64,000 nucleotides of DNA from Clostridiales bacterium GWF2_38_85 (lineage in GTDB: Bacteria; Bacillota; Clostridia; Oscillospirales; CAG-382), in NCBI GenBank assembly GCA_001797275.1, contig MGOY01000036.1:36361-100360 (forward strand), read 5' to 3'. The notes below the pieces were generated by a model. The model had not been told where the DNA came from and ran no database searches. It saw only the letters and a list, made by a program, of their open reading frames with translations. Shown here piece by piece: positions 1 to 9,616 of the stretch (positions are counted from its first letter, which is position 1; each line of letters starts with the position of its first letter). Both the position numbers and the translations under genes were made by a program.

Positions 1-631
1 AACATTCCATAAAGGATCTATATAAATGGCTGCGACTAATTCCTATATAGCTTGAGATGCTTTCAATTGATATGGATTGTGAATAATTATATGTGATATA
101 TTCGATTGCTTTCTTACAATATAGAGTAGATATATTATTCTCATAATGCTTATTTTTTTCAATAAATAATGATAATGCAAGTAGAAGGTATCCGGACATT
201 CTTAACTGGCAAGATTCATCTTTCCCTTTTGATTTATAAATCATAGAAAGATATTCTTTCAATTTATTTCCTAAATTAAAATTCTGAACTGGATTATCAG
301 TAGTAAATGAAGTTAAATCTAATAACATACTTGCATCAGAACCTTTAAACCCTACCCAATAGTATTCCCATGGATCTTCTTTATCCGCAAAATATGATAT
401 AGTGCAATTTGGATAAATTATAAAAGTACTACCTGCAATAACTTCATATTGAATACCATTGGTTACATAATAGCCTTTACCCGATAAAACATGATGTATT
501 AGATAAAAGTCACGAACTCCGGGACCCCATTTTTGACTGCTTTTACAGCGTTCATGGCCGATATTATACACGCGTAAAGATAATGCTTGTTCTGAGTCAA
601 TAGTGTAAGAGAGTTTGAAACTATTATCCAT
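1..631 (-). CDS. AraC-family transcriptional regulator (cupin sensor domain plus start of HTH); 3' end runs off the window
   Basis: My own minus-strand translation from the ATG at 631 gives MDNSFKLSYTIDSEQALSLRVYNIGHERCKSSQKWGPGVRDFYLIHHVLSGKGYY...SISSYIGISRSHLYRSFMEC and stays open to position 1. It shows an AraC-type cupin followed by the HTH_AraC helix. It is absent from the ORF track because there is no stop codon inside the window. Confidence 0.8.
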   Translation of the reverse strand, partial: MDNSFKLSYTIDSEQALSLRVYNIGHERCKSSQKWGPGVRDFYLIHHVLSGKGYYVTNGIQYEVIAGSTFIIYPNCTISYFADKEDPWEYYWVGFKGSDASMLLDLTSFTTDNPVQNFNLGNKLKEYLSMIYKSKGKDESCQLRMSGYLLLALSLFIEKNKHYENNISTLYCKKAIEYITYNYSQSISIESISSYIGISRSHLYRSFMEC

Positions 632-800
632 GCATATATCACCGCTTTCTTTAGTAATACAACAATATTATATATCAAAATAAATTTAAATGCAACATAT
701 ATCCATGAATATGAGACAAATATTTATTGAAAAAATTATGGTAAGTGATATTATAATATCAGTAAATGAATTTACTAATATTTTAGAAGGTGGTTTTATA

Positions 801-1811
801 ATGAATATTTTAGTTACCGGCGCTACTGGATATATTGGTTCTCATGTCGTTATTAGTCTCTTGCGGTCTGGTAATAATGTAATCGGTTTAGATAATTTAT
901 GTAACAGTAATATCGATGTTGTAAGTAAAATTAAGCAAATAACAAAATTAGATTTTAATTTTTACAATATAGATATTACTGATATTACAAAATTAAAAGC
1001 AATATTTGAAAATAGCAAAATTGATATTGTTATGCATTTTGCTGCATTGAAATCCGTGCCGGAATCTGTTGAAGAACCATTAAGCTATTATAAAAACAAT
1101 ATAATTGGTATTATTAATTTACTCGAATGCATGAAGGATTATAATATCAAAAAAATAATTTTCAGCTCTTCTGCAACTGTATATGATGAAAATAGTTCAA
1201 TACCATATTCTGAAGAAAATCCGTTAAACGCTATCAATCCATATGGGAGAACAAAACTAATCTCCGAGCAAATTATAACTGATTATTCGAGAGCTAATAA
1301 AGATATGAAAGCAATAATTTTTAGATATTTCAATCCGATTGGTGCCGATAGTAGCGGATTGTTAGCTGATAGTCCAAAAGGTCAAATACACAACATAATG
1401 ATTAATATCTGTAGTACCGCATTAAAGAGATTACCGTCTTTAGATATTTATGGTGATGATTATGATACACCCGATGGTAGCTGTGTTCGCGATTATGTTC
1501 ATATTTCTGATATTGCTGATGGACATATCCAAGCAATGGAATTAATTGATAATATTAATGAAACAAAAATCTATAACCTTGGAAGCGGAAAACCTATTTC
1601 TGTTTTTGAGTTGCTGAAAGAATTTGAAAAAGCAACATCAATACCAATTCCTTATGTTATAAAACCACGACGACCAGGAGATGTAGCAATAAGTTATGCA
1701 GATATACACCGAGCAAAAAGAGAGTTAAAATGGAAACCAAGAAAAACAATAAACGATATGTGTCTTGATAGTTATATTTCGTACAAGAATAATTATTTCA
1801 AAACAATCTGA
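801..1811 (+). CDS. galE: UDP-glucose 4-epimerase
   Basis: MNILVTGATGYIGSH Rossmann motif, the YGRTK catalytic Y-x3-K, and a typical GalE length (~336 aa). A GAAGGTGG RBS lies just upstream of the ATG at 801. The track start at 690 adds an unlikely 37-aa extension. Confidence 0.9.
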   Translation: MNILVTGATGYIGSHVVISLLRSGNNVIGLDNLCNSNIDVVSKIKQITKLDFNFYNIDITDITKLKAIFENSKIDIVMHFAALKSVPESVEEPLSYYKNNIIGIINLLECMKDYNIKKIIFSSSATVYDENSSIPYSEENPLNAINPYGRTKLISEQIITDYSRANKDMKAIIFRYFNPIGADSSGLLADSPKGQIHNIMINICSTALKRLPSLDIYGDDYDTPDGSCVRDYVHISDIADGHIQAMELIDNINETKIYNLGSGKPISVFELLKEFEKATSIPIPYVIKPRRPGDVAISYADIHRAKRELKWKPRKTINDMCLDSYISYKNNYFKTI

Positions 1812-2155
1812 ATCATTTGATATCATTTATCATATTAAATCGATTGCTTAGCTATTAAATTCAAAAAAATCCTCCTTGTTTTGTGTGATCACACTATAAT
1901 GCTAATTTCTCATTTAAAAACTCGATAAAAAATCTACGTAAAATACCCATATCGCAATTTTATGTTAAAATTGCATTTCGTAAAAGGTTTTGCTTAATTT
2001 TTTATAGTTTTTATAATCGATGATTAGCATAACAAGGAGGATGAGTCATTTATGGGATATTATAATACAGTTGCTCAATTATAATTTTTCGCAGTTTTAC
2101 ATTATTTTAACAACATATTTTATAACTCCAATATGAAATACTTATGCTATTATGA

Positions 2156-2184
2156 TTGACAGTGATTTCGTTATGTTGTATTAT
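2156..2184 (+). promoter_or_regulatory. sigma-A-like promoter (TTGACA-17-TATTAT)
   Basis: TTGACA at 2156-2161, a 17-nt spacer, and TATTAT at 2179-2184, upstream of the capD remnant. Confidence 0.35.
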
Positions 2185-2432
2185 GTAAGCAAGGTATATT
2201 TCAAAATCACACAAATTCGCAAACAAAGAAAAAAATAAAGCTTTTACTTTTGTTTAATTTATGACAAGCAACAACCATCTTCAAGAAAAAACATATTTGG
2301 AGTTTTCATTTTGAAAACTATTATTTATATTTATCGGTATAATTATTGCTACTGTTATATACACATTGGCAGATTTGTTCTTTTGGATTTATTCAACAAA
2401 AACTTTTTTGCTTGAGTTATTCATCACAATAA

Positions 2433-2807
2433 TTAGATGGCGCAGAAAATCAAATTGAAGCCGGCGGACCTATAACTATAACTGACAAACGTATTATCCG
2501 TTACTTTATGACTATCCCTGAAGCGAGCCAGCTTGTTATGCAAGCAGGCATCATGGCACGAAGTGGTGAATTATTTGTGCTTGATATGGGAAAACCGTTA
2601 AAAATAGTAGAACTTGCTGAAAACATAATAAAACTTTCAGGACTTGTTCCCTATCAGGATATTGATATTGTTGAGATAGGGCTGAGACCAGGAGAGAAGC
2701 TTTACGAAGAACTCTTGATTAAAGATGAAAATCTAACACAAACTTTGAATAAGATGATTTTCATAGAGAAAGATACTCCCTTTACACACATGTGCAGAAA
2801 TATATGA
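2433..2807 (+). pseudogene. C-terminal remnant of a CapD/PglF/WbpM-type polysaccharide biosynthesis nucleotide-sugar 4,6-dehydratase
   Basis: The open frame from 2433 reads ..QIEAGGPITITDKRIIRYFMTIPEASQLVMQAG..LRPGEKLYEEL. That matches only the last ~120 aa of ~600-aa CapD-family proteins. The Rossmann and catalytic portions are absent. A TM-like peptide (LIFIFIGIIIATVIYTLADLFFWIY) around 2310-2400 may be the N-terminal remnant. Confidence 0.6.
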
Positions 2808-3019
2808 TAATCACCGTGCTCAACAGGTTCCAAGCCGTTATATTACGCAAGTATCTGAGAAAAAACCACCCCGAAACCTTTATGATAATAACAAACTCCA
2901 GCGAAATCATCGGCAAAGGCTTCAGGGGATTTGATCTGAATAGCAATATTGATAAGTAGTAATTATTTTATGAATACATAAAAAATCATACAGACTTAAA
3001 GAAAAACGAGGTAAAGTAT

Positions 3020-4130
3020 ATGGCGAAAAGTGAATTTATTTCTCAGCTATCTGAGAGTATCCAATCAGAGTTGAACGATTATATGAATGCTACAATAGAG
3101 ATATATGGAATTATATCGATGGAAAAGCTTGTAGAAATCATCAATTCACAGAATGATTATGTAGTTACAACAGATGATTTGAAATATGTTGGTTTTAAAA
3201 AGCGGGTTTAGTCACCAATTTTATGTTATTTACAAAAAGAATGTTGTACATGAATCATTGTTGATGGATGGACAGGAGGATTATAATCTTCTATTAAACT
3301 ATCAAGAGAAAAAACCTTACAAAAAAATCGGTAAAACAGAGCTCTTAAAATGGTCTGAATATGACTATTATGAAATGCCAAAACAATATACAAAGCTTCG
3401 GAAATTTTTAGTTGCTGATGTTGAGTTGATGAGAGATGATGCTGAAAACATTTGCTTCGACATATATTTGGATATAACAACTCAAGTCGAAAAAGCAAAT
3501 ACAATGGAGATAATTCAAGATTATGATATCGAGATTGACAGCGATCAATTCGACAAGCTATCAGATCTACTGGTCGAATGTAACAACAACACACCGCTTT
3601 GGGTAAACAGAGGTTATACTCCTGTTGAACTCGCTTTGCTTCATTACGAACAAACTATTGATATAGATAAAAAAGAAAAAGCATCTCAAAGAAAAAAATC
3701 TGTTGTATCGAATAGTTCTAAGCATTCATATGTAATCACTGCTTCATGCGGAAGCGGTTGTTATCGCCATATCAAAATTTCAGAAAATGCAACTTTATTT
3801 GAACTGCATGAAGAAATACTATATTCCGTTGGTTTCATCGACGACCATGCACATGTTTTCTTTATGAATAATATCGCTTGGGATCGTACAGAAGGCTATT
3901 ACAGTGATATTATTGAAGACGAAAAAAGATTTACCAGTGATTACACGTTGAAAAAGTTAAAGCTTGAGGTTGGCGATAAGTTCAAGTATATTTTTGATTT
4001 CGGTTACGAATGGCTGTTTCAATGCAAGGTGTTGAAAAAGCTCGACGAAGACACCGAAGAACCTGAAGTAATCAGAAGCAAAGGCGAAATCGAACAATAT
4101 GGATATTATGATGAAGATGAGGATGAATAA
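3020..4130 (+). pseudogene. pRiA4b ORF-3-like (MM3350-like) domain protein, apparently frameshifted at a T4A5 tract
   Basis: The 63-aa ORF (3020-3211) has a good GAGG RBS. The 314-aa ORF (3186-4130) lies in the +1 frame and has no RBS. Removing one A from the run at 3197-3201 joins them (..KYVGFKSGFSHQFYVIYKK..). The C-terminus (YVITASCGSGCYRHIKISENATLFELHEEI..YIFDFGYEWLFQCKVLK) resembles the MM3350-like fold. Confidence 0.55.
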
Positions 4131-4131
4131 G

Positions 4132-5274
4132 ATGAGTAAATTAAAACTTATGACAATAATCGGAACAAGACCGGAAATAATCCGTCTTTCCGAAGTAATA
4201 AAAAAATGCGACAAGTATTTCGAACAGATACTTGTGCATACAGGACAAAACTATGACTATGAGCTAAACCAGATTTTCTTTGATGATCTGGGACTTCGTG
4301 CTCCCGACTTCTATCTTGAAGCTGTCGGTGCTGATCTCGGTGAAACAATCGGCAACATTATCGCAAAATCGTATAAGCTGTTGGTTGAACAGAAGCCTGA
4401 TGCACTACTTATACTTGGTGATACAAACTCCTGCCTTTCCGCAATCTCAGCGAAACGTTTACATATCCCGATATTCCATATGGAAGCCGGAAATCGCTGC
4501 TTTGATGAATGTCTGCCTGAGGAAACAAACCGCCGAATTGTTGACCATATCTCAGATGTCAACCTTTGCTACAGCGAACATGCCCGCAGATACCTGAACT
4601 ACGAAGGCACTGCAAAGGAACGCACATATGTTACAGGCTCACCGATGGCAGAGGTGCTGTCTGCTAACCTTGATAAAATAAAAAGCAGTAAAGTGCTCGA
4701 AACGCTCGGACTTGAAAAGGGGAAGTATATACTGCTGTCAGCTCACCGCGAAGAAAACATCGATACAGAAGAAAACTTCTTCAACCTGATGAACGCAGTC
4801 AATGCAATGGCCGAGAAGTACGATATGCCGATTATTTATTCAACCCACCCGCGTTCTGCAAAATACATTGAAAAACATGGCTTCAAGTTTCACAAGAATG
4901 TCCGCTCACTTAAGCCTTTCGGCTTCAACGATTACAACCACCTTCAGATGAACGCATTCTGTGTTGTTTCGGACAGCGGAACGCTCCCCGAGGAATCAAG
5001 CTACTTTAATTCAAAGGACATGCCCTTCCCTGCTGTCTGTATCAGAACCTCGACAGAGCGCCCTGAAGCGCTCGACAAGGGTAATTTCATCCTTGCCGGC
5101 ATAACTACCGAGCAGGTACTCCAAGCTGTTGACACAGCCGTACAGATGCAGCTGAACGCAGACTTCGGACTTGATGTACCAAACTACACCGACGAAAATG
5201 TCAGCACCAAGGTCGTAAAACTCATCCAAAGCTACACGGGTGTTGTCAACAAAATGGTGTGGAGGAAAGATTGA
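4132..5274 (+). CDS. UDP-N-acetylglucosamine 2-epimerase (non-hydrolysing; Cap5G/FnlC/WecB-like)
   Basis: MSKLKLMTIIGTRPEIIRLS.., HTGQNYD, LGDTNS and HMEAGNRCFD..PEE.NR motifs typical of the Epimerase_2 family. A GAGGA RBS lies 8 nt upstream of the ATG at 4132. Confidence 0.9.
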   Translation: MSKLKLMTIIGTRPEIIRLSEVIKKCDKYFEQILVHTGQNYDYELNQIFFDDLGLRAPDFYLEAVGADLGETIGNIIAKSYKLLVEQKPDALLILGDTNSCLSAISAKRLHIPIFHMEAGNRCFDECLPEETNRRIVDHISDVNLCYSEHARRYLNYEGTAKERTYVTGSPMAEVLSANLDKIKSSKVLETLGLEKGKYILLSAHREENIDTEENFFNLMNAVNAMAEKYDMPIIYSTHPRSAKYIEKHGFKFHKNVRSLKPFGFNDYNHLQMNAFCVVSDSGTLPEESSYFNSKDMPFPAVCIRTSTERPEALDKGNFILAGITTEQVLQAVDTAVQMQLNADFGLDVPNYTDENVSTKVVKLIQSYTGVVNKMVWRKD

Positions 5275-5345
5275 GGTTTATTAGTGTTATGAAACAAATA
5301 TGTCAAGCGATAATATAGCAAAATTAATTTTAAGATAAACTATCA

Positions 5346-5375
5346 TCCGAAGCGTCAGCTTCGGAATTTGTTTTT
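5346..5375 (+). terminator. Rho-independent terminator after the epimerase gene
   Basis: Stem TCCGAAGC / GCTTCGGA with loop GTCA, followed by ATTTGTTTTT. Confidence 0.7.
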
Positions 5376-5588
5376 CAAAAGCAAATTAATTTTTATTTTT
5401 CTCGTTTACAATAATATTTAAGTTTCAACTACATATAATAGTAGAGAGTAATCATTTTTACATGAGCAATTAATATGGTTGCTTTTATATTTGCTAAAAT
5501 TTTTATATTTTCCTTCTGTTTTTCTACAAATTTCACATTTACATTATGGTATATTATGGTATAGCGTTTTATTAAAGGAGATTTTTCT

Positions 5589-5828
5589 ATGTCAAAGTCT
5601 GATAAAGAATTAACAATTGATATCGTTAACAGCTATCTTCAGGCATGCTCAAAAACGCCAAACACAATCCAACCTAATCAGGTTGTTGATTTTATTTCAA
5701 ATGTATATAAAACAATAAACAACCTTGACAATATCCCGATAAATATAGAAGATGTTGCCAAATTAAAAGACATGGCTCCAAAGCGTCTTGAACCACTTAT
5801 GTTCAACAAAATCTTTGTTGTTGACTAA
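5589..5828 (+). CDS. hypothetical small protein (79 aa)
   Basis: A strong AAAGGAG RBS lies 8 nt upstream of the ATG, and the frame is clean. I recognise no family. Confidence 0.55.
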   Translation: MSKSDKELTIDIVNSYLQACSKTPNTIQPNQVVDFISNVYKTINNLDNIPINIEDVAKLKDMAPKRLEPLMFNKIFVVD

Positions 5829-5831
5829 TTG

Positions 5832-6623
5832 CTATTTATAGAATCGATGTCCATACTTCTCAAATAGGAACACCCTTGTTTCAAACCATGCCATAACAGA
5901 ATAATCGCTTACATACCGAGGCGAGTAATAATACAAAGCTCCCTGGCTGTTATCGACAACAGTATTACTTAAAACTTCATTCACAGCTTGGATTGTATTT
6001 TCGTTTATTTTTATATTCGATGATGCCCAATCATAAACCGATGTAAACTGGCCCTCCTGCATTAGAACGTCAAATATCGTATTTGGGAATTGTTGATTTT
6101 TCACTCTGCTTAAAACAATGTTAACAATAATTCGCTTATGTTCGACATCAGAGCTGCCACATTCCTTCTGTACCAAAAAGCATAGCATCTCAAGCTCGGT
6201 GTTTGTATATCGTATTGTAGAATATGAATACATAACATTGTGAGTTTGCATTTCTTCTTCAAGCTCAGATATCATATCCTGAAGCTTTGAGATTTGATTT
6301 TTTAATGTGTTATTTTCATCATTTATCAATCCCTCGCGTTGTTCTTGTTCTGTAATAGTTGCGTATGCTTGTTGCAATTCTTTAGTCAAAGCTTTATTTT
6401 CGAAGGCATAAAAGCTTGTGGTGTTGTTAGCTTTATCTATTGATGATGCAGTTTCATTTTTCAATATATCAATTTGTTCGTTCAAATTTGTAATCAATGA
6501 TTCTTTTTTATAAGCAATCTCAGACAAGAATCCGATTTTATAAACACAAACCATACTACATGTTGCTAAAAGCGCAATCAGAATTATCGAAAACCATCGA
6601 TTTGATTTATTCGTAGATGTCAT
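5832..6623 (-). CDS. membrane-anchored cell-wall hydrolase, SleB/CwlJ (Hydrolase_2) family, with a coiled-coil linker
   Basis: N-terminal TM helix (WFSIILIALLATCSMVCVY), then a Q/E/L-rich coiled coil. The C-terminal part (ELEMLCFLVQKECGSSDVEHKRIIVNIVLSRVKNQQFPNTIFDVLMQEGQFTSV..ALYYYSP) is typical of the SleB catalytic domain. Confidence 0.75.
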   Translation of the reverse strand: MTSTNKSNRWFSIILIALLATCSMVCVYKIGFLSEIAYKKESLITNLNEQIDILKNETASSIDKANNTTSFYAFENKALTKELQQAYATITEQEQREGLINDENNTLKNQISKLQDMISELEEEMQTHNVMYSYSTIRYTNTELEMLCFLVQKECGSSDVEHKRIIVNIVLSRVKNQQFPNTIFDVLMQEGQFTSVYDWASSNIKINENTIQAVNEVLSNTVVDNSQGALYYYSPRYVSDYSVMAWFETRVFLFEKYGHRFYK

Positions 6624-6645
6624 AACAAACCTCTCTTTCCAGGGT

Positions 6646-6750
6646 AAATATTAAACTAACAAATGAATAAGTATATTAATGATTTTAAAAGTCCTGCAGA
6701 AAAGGCTTTAACAAAATCGCTGGTACAATTCATTTATCAGTTTAATATAG
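6646..6750. repeat. ~105-bp palindromic repeat element, diverged copy 1 of 3
   Basis: Outer arms AAACTAACAAATGAAT / ATTCATTTATCAGTTT and inner arms GATTTTAAAAGTCC / GGCTTTAACAAAATC. It ends in GTTTAATATAG, like the copies at 21915 and 53770. Confidence 0.7.
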
Positions 6751-6875
6751 TTAAAGATGACAGTATCTTATTTATAGTTTATGCTATCAAATAGATACTG
6801 TTGTTTTTTGCCTATTTCTATTATTACCTCGAAGAAAGGTAGTTTATAATGTTTGTTTTAAATCTAACAAATTCA

Positions 6876-6904
6876 TTGACACAAGGTATTATTAGATATA
6901 TAAT
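6876..6904 (+). promoter_or_regulatory. sigma-A-like promoter (TTGACA-17-TATAAT) for the GNAT gene
   Basis: TTGACA at 6876-6881, a 17-nt spacer, and TATAAT at 6899-6904. Confidence 0.5.
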
Positions 6905-7005
6905 AAGAACTCAACTATTATAGTAATATCTTATAATTCAAAAACAAGGTGATTTACAATTAAAAAGTTTGATATAAACCTAAATAAAGTTAAGGAATAT
7001 TCGCT

Positions 7006-7509
7006 TTGAAAATAATTGAGACAGAAAGATTGTATTTAAGAGAATTTCAATATAATGACAAAATTGAATTGATGAAGGTTCTGTCAGATCCTGAGTCTAT
7101 GCAATTCTATCCGCATCCTTTCAGTGAAAAGGAAGTTGAAGATTGGATTAAGTGGAATATTGAGAATTATAAGAAATACAGACATGGATTATGGGCAGTT
7201 ATACTCAAACAAGGTGATACCTTTATTGGTGATTGTGGTATAACAATGCAGAACATCTGTGATGAAATCCTACCCGAAATTGGTTTTCATATTATTAAAG
7301 AATATTGCAATAAGGGTTATGCAACAGAAGCCGCAGCTGCCTGCAAAGAGTATGCTTTTAATGTTCTGCGATATTCCAAAGTGTTCTCCTATACAACAAT
7401 ACAAAATATACCTTCACAAAAAGTTGCAAAGAAAATCGGAATGCAGCTCTTAAAACAATTCGAGAAGAATAATGAAAAATATATTGTACATGCAACAAGT
7501 AATGATTGA
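7006..7509 (+). CDS. GNAT-family N-acetyltransferase (RimJ/RimL-like)
   Basis: IETERLYLREF.. N-terminus and a ..GYATEAA..AF.. acetyl-CoA-binding region. It uses a TTG start. Confidence 0.8.
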   Translation: MKIIETERLYLREFQYNDKIELMKVLSDPESMQFYPHPFSEKEVEDWIKWNIENYKKYRHGLWAVILKQGDTFIGDCGITMQNICDEILPEIGFHIIKEYCNKGYATEAAAACKEYAFNVLRYSKVFSYTTIQNIPSQKVAKKIGMQLLKQFEKNNEKYIVHATSND

Positions 7510-7592
7510 TATAGCCTCATAAAATAGTTTTATAATTTTGCTATAGCAATTATTATAAATACGAGTTATTAATCTCTTGATATTATGTAAGT

Positions 7593-7638
7593 AAATCCTA
7601 TATTTAAATGGTTTTGACCAAGTAAATACAGGATTTTT
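7593..7638 (+). terminator. terminator-like hairpin; homologous to the hairpin at 15315-15358
   Basis: AAATCCT..ACAGGATTTTT stem plus T-run between convergent genes. It is ~80% identical to 15315-15358, including the loop TTAAATGGTTT(T/C)GACCA. Confidence 0.55.
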
Positions 7639-7656
7639 GTTTGTTGTTAGATTAAA

Positions 7657-8562
7657 TTAATTACTGAAATTAATTGTTGTTCCTTTGTTTATAAGCTCAT
7701 AAATTTCGTCGAAGGTTAAGATGTTGAAAAATGTTTCGTACTCATTAAGCGTTTCCTCATATAAAATACTTGTAAAAACGCAAAAGTCATCTTTATAAAC
7801 GTCTATATCGCATATTTGGAATAAATAATGATCTCTTCCTATAATCTTTCTGTAATTATCAGTTTGCGTATCATATATATAAACATCACCACCTCTCACA
7901 ATAGTTCCAGCATCATATTGAACTACAAATAAAAAATATCTGTTGTCAAGCCAACTCATACGAGATGGTGTATAATACTGTGGAAGATTGGGCATTAAGA
8001 GCTCTTTTGTTTTTTTGTTATCAACATCATATAAAAAGACTTGTGCATTTACTTCAAATTCAAAATTGTTTAGTATCACTTTACTTCTGTCGGGTGATAT
8101 TTTGATTGTTGAAATATAACCCAATTTAACTATGTCCACAATAGAATCGTCAGAATATTTTATGCTTAATACTTCATTTAATTCCTCTTTATGTAATGAC
8201 ATGTACACACCATCTTTAACATATATATCCGACGGAAAATGATCATATTTATATCTTTTGATTTGATATTTTAAGTCCTCAATTTGTTCTTCTAATTCAT
8301 TAATCTGATTTGATAAACTTTCTTTTTCATTTTCTGCTGTTTGCAATAAAATTTCCAGTCGGTCTATTTCTTTTTCAAGTTCATCGTTCTTTTCATTATC
8401 GAGTACAGAACTGTTGTTATCAGAATTATCTAAAGCTTCAGATGAAGCAATACCTGAGGTATCTGCACTTTCTGCTGTTGAAGTATTATCCTTCCCCGTG
8501 CATGCATATAGCCCAACAATAATAATAACAGCTGCTAATACAAGACATATAAATTTCTTCAT
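7657..8562 (-). CDS. hypothetical lipoprotein with coiled-coil and beta-rich C-terminal domain
   Basis: Signal peptide with lipobox MKKFICLVLAAVIIIVGLYAC, an acidic S/N/D-rich linker, an E/L-rich coiled coil, and a beta-strand-like C-terminal half. Confidence 0.6.
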   Translation of the reverse strand: MKKFICLVLAAVIIIVGLYACTGKDNTSTAESADTSGIASSEALDNSDNNSSVLDNEKNDELEKEIDRLEILLQTAENEKESLSNQINELEEQIEDLKYQIKRYKYDHFPSDIYVKDGVYMSLHKEELNEVLSIKYSDDSIVDIVKLGYISTIKISPDRSKVILNNFEFEVNAQVFLYDVDNKKTKELLMPNLPQYYTPSRMSWLDNRYFLFVVQYDAGTIVRGGDVYIYDTQTDNYRKIIGRDHYLFQICDIDVYKDDFCVFTSILYEETLNEYETFFNILTFDEIYELINKGTTINFSN

Positions 8563-8671
8563 AAGCTACCTCCCAATAATACTATGATGTATGCAGTATA
8601 TACCAAAGCTTGCGATATGTCAATGATAACCAAAACTACATCAACTAAATTTTGTAGGTTGATTAAAATAT

Positions 8672-9556
8672 TTACACATTCACTGCATTTGCTTGTATTT
8701 TTTCTTCTCTTGCTTCGCATTTGTGATCGGTTCGATTAACAGCTAATTGAAAGAAATCATTAAAATCATATGTACTGTTATTACAGTATTTATTCTTTTC
8801 CTTATGCTTATCGATATCAGCTTTCGCCTGTTCAGGTGTTGTTACTCCTTCAATATACCAGCGTTCAAGTACAGCGTTGATGTAGTTTATGTTATACTTT
8901 TGAATGCTATCTATGTTGATATTATAAGCTATTTCAACCATCTCGAACGGGTATTTACGTTCCTCAAACCACAGCTTCAGAATGTTATTTTCATTTTCCG
9001 AAAAGCCGCGATTGCTAATACCTGCCAGCACCCTAAATTTAGAGATAAGCTTTTGATTCGTGTCGGTAGTAAGAATATTTATTTGGTTAGGTACGGTACG
9101 GTTAGGTACGGTACGGTTACCTGCGCCGTCACACAGATTAATTTTGGATATCTTTAAAATATCATTCGGACAGTCCGACGGACTTCCGTCGGACTGTCCT
9201 TTTTCTTTTGTTGCTTTATCTCTGGACGCACGCTTTCTTTCCGCGTCGCTCTTTCTCTTGTCAATCAACTTACCGGCATAATCGTACCAATCATGTATTT
9301 TTTTATCTTCTTCAAGAAAGCCGGCTGAGATGAGAGAATTGACGAAATCATCGGGTTTTTTTCGCCAGCCTGAAACAAAGGCTAATTCCGAATTTAAGAA
9401 TTGTGACAGGTCACCATCCTGTGCGTTATCCAATGCCCATAGCCATAACATGCAAAGGTGACCGACTGCTTGCGGTGAATCAATTCGTAACAAGCTCATG
9501 AGTCTTAATATCTTTTTATTCTGAGGTAGTGTTTGATGTAATTCAATCCATGCCAT
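8672..9556 (-). CDS. phage/element-type replisome organizer (DnaD/DnaB_2 domain protein)
   Basis: The N-terminus MAWIELHQTLPQNKK..GHLCMLWLWALDNAQDGDL is typical of phage replisome organizers. The C-terminus (..INYINAVLERWYIEGVTTPEQA) is DnaD-like. An AAGGATG RBS is present. Confidence 0.7.
   Translation of the reverse strand: MAWIELHQTLPQNKKILRLMSLLRIDSPQAVGHLCMLWLWALDNAQDGDLSQFLNSELAFVSGWRKKPDDFVNSLISAGFLEEDKKIHDWYDYAGKLIDKRKSDAERKRASRDKATKEKGQSDGSPSDCPNDILKISKINLCDGAGNRTVPNRTVPNQINILTTDTNQKLISKFRVLAGISNRGFSENENNILKLWFEERKYPFEMVEIAYNINIDSIQKYNINYINAVLERWYIEGVTTPEQAKADIDKHKEKNKYCNNSTYDFNDFFQLAVNRTDHKCEAREEKIQANAVNV
9085..9121. repeat. 15-bp tandem repeat (GGTTAGGTACGGTAC x ~2.4) inside the replisome organizer gene
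   Basis: Read directly from the sequence. It encodes (NRTVP)x2 in the interdomain linker. Confidence 0.8.
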
Positions 9557-9616
9557 ATTTTCATCCTTGCTTTTAAGTAGTTTTATTGTATATCAAGCTT
9601 GTCCTCTGAAGAACTG

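Noticed and set aside
690-800. N-terminal extensions in the track for galE (690), cotJA (17570), hisB (39531), the wecB-like gene (4099), the GH27 gene (22461) and the SBP gene (53949).
   Set aside because: Conserved family N-termini and RBS motifs support the internal starts given in the feature list. The extensions lack RBSs and add atypical sequence.
2808-3019. A possible transposase or IS remnant between the capD fragment and the MM3350-like gene; a 42-aa hydrophobic ORF lies on the minus strand.
   Set aside because: I could identify no recognisable transposase motif, terminal inverted repeat or target duplication. It is too short to call.
5589-5828. Resemblance of the 79-aa protein (ELTIDIVNSYLQ..) to the N-terminal oligomerisation region of MucR/Ros regulators.
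   Set aside because: The similarity is short and comes from my memory only. There is no C-terminal zinc-finger domain, and that family is alphaproteobacterial. I left the protein as hypothetical.
9085-9121. The short tandem repeat as a possible CRISPR or minisatellite locus.
   Set aside because: There are only ~2.4 units of 15 bp with no spacers. It lies inside the replisome organizer CDS, where it encodes an (NRTVP)n linker.
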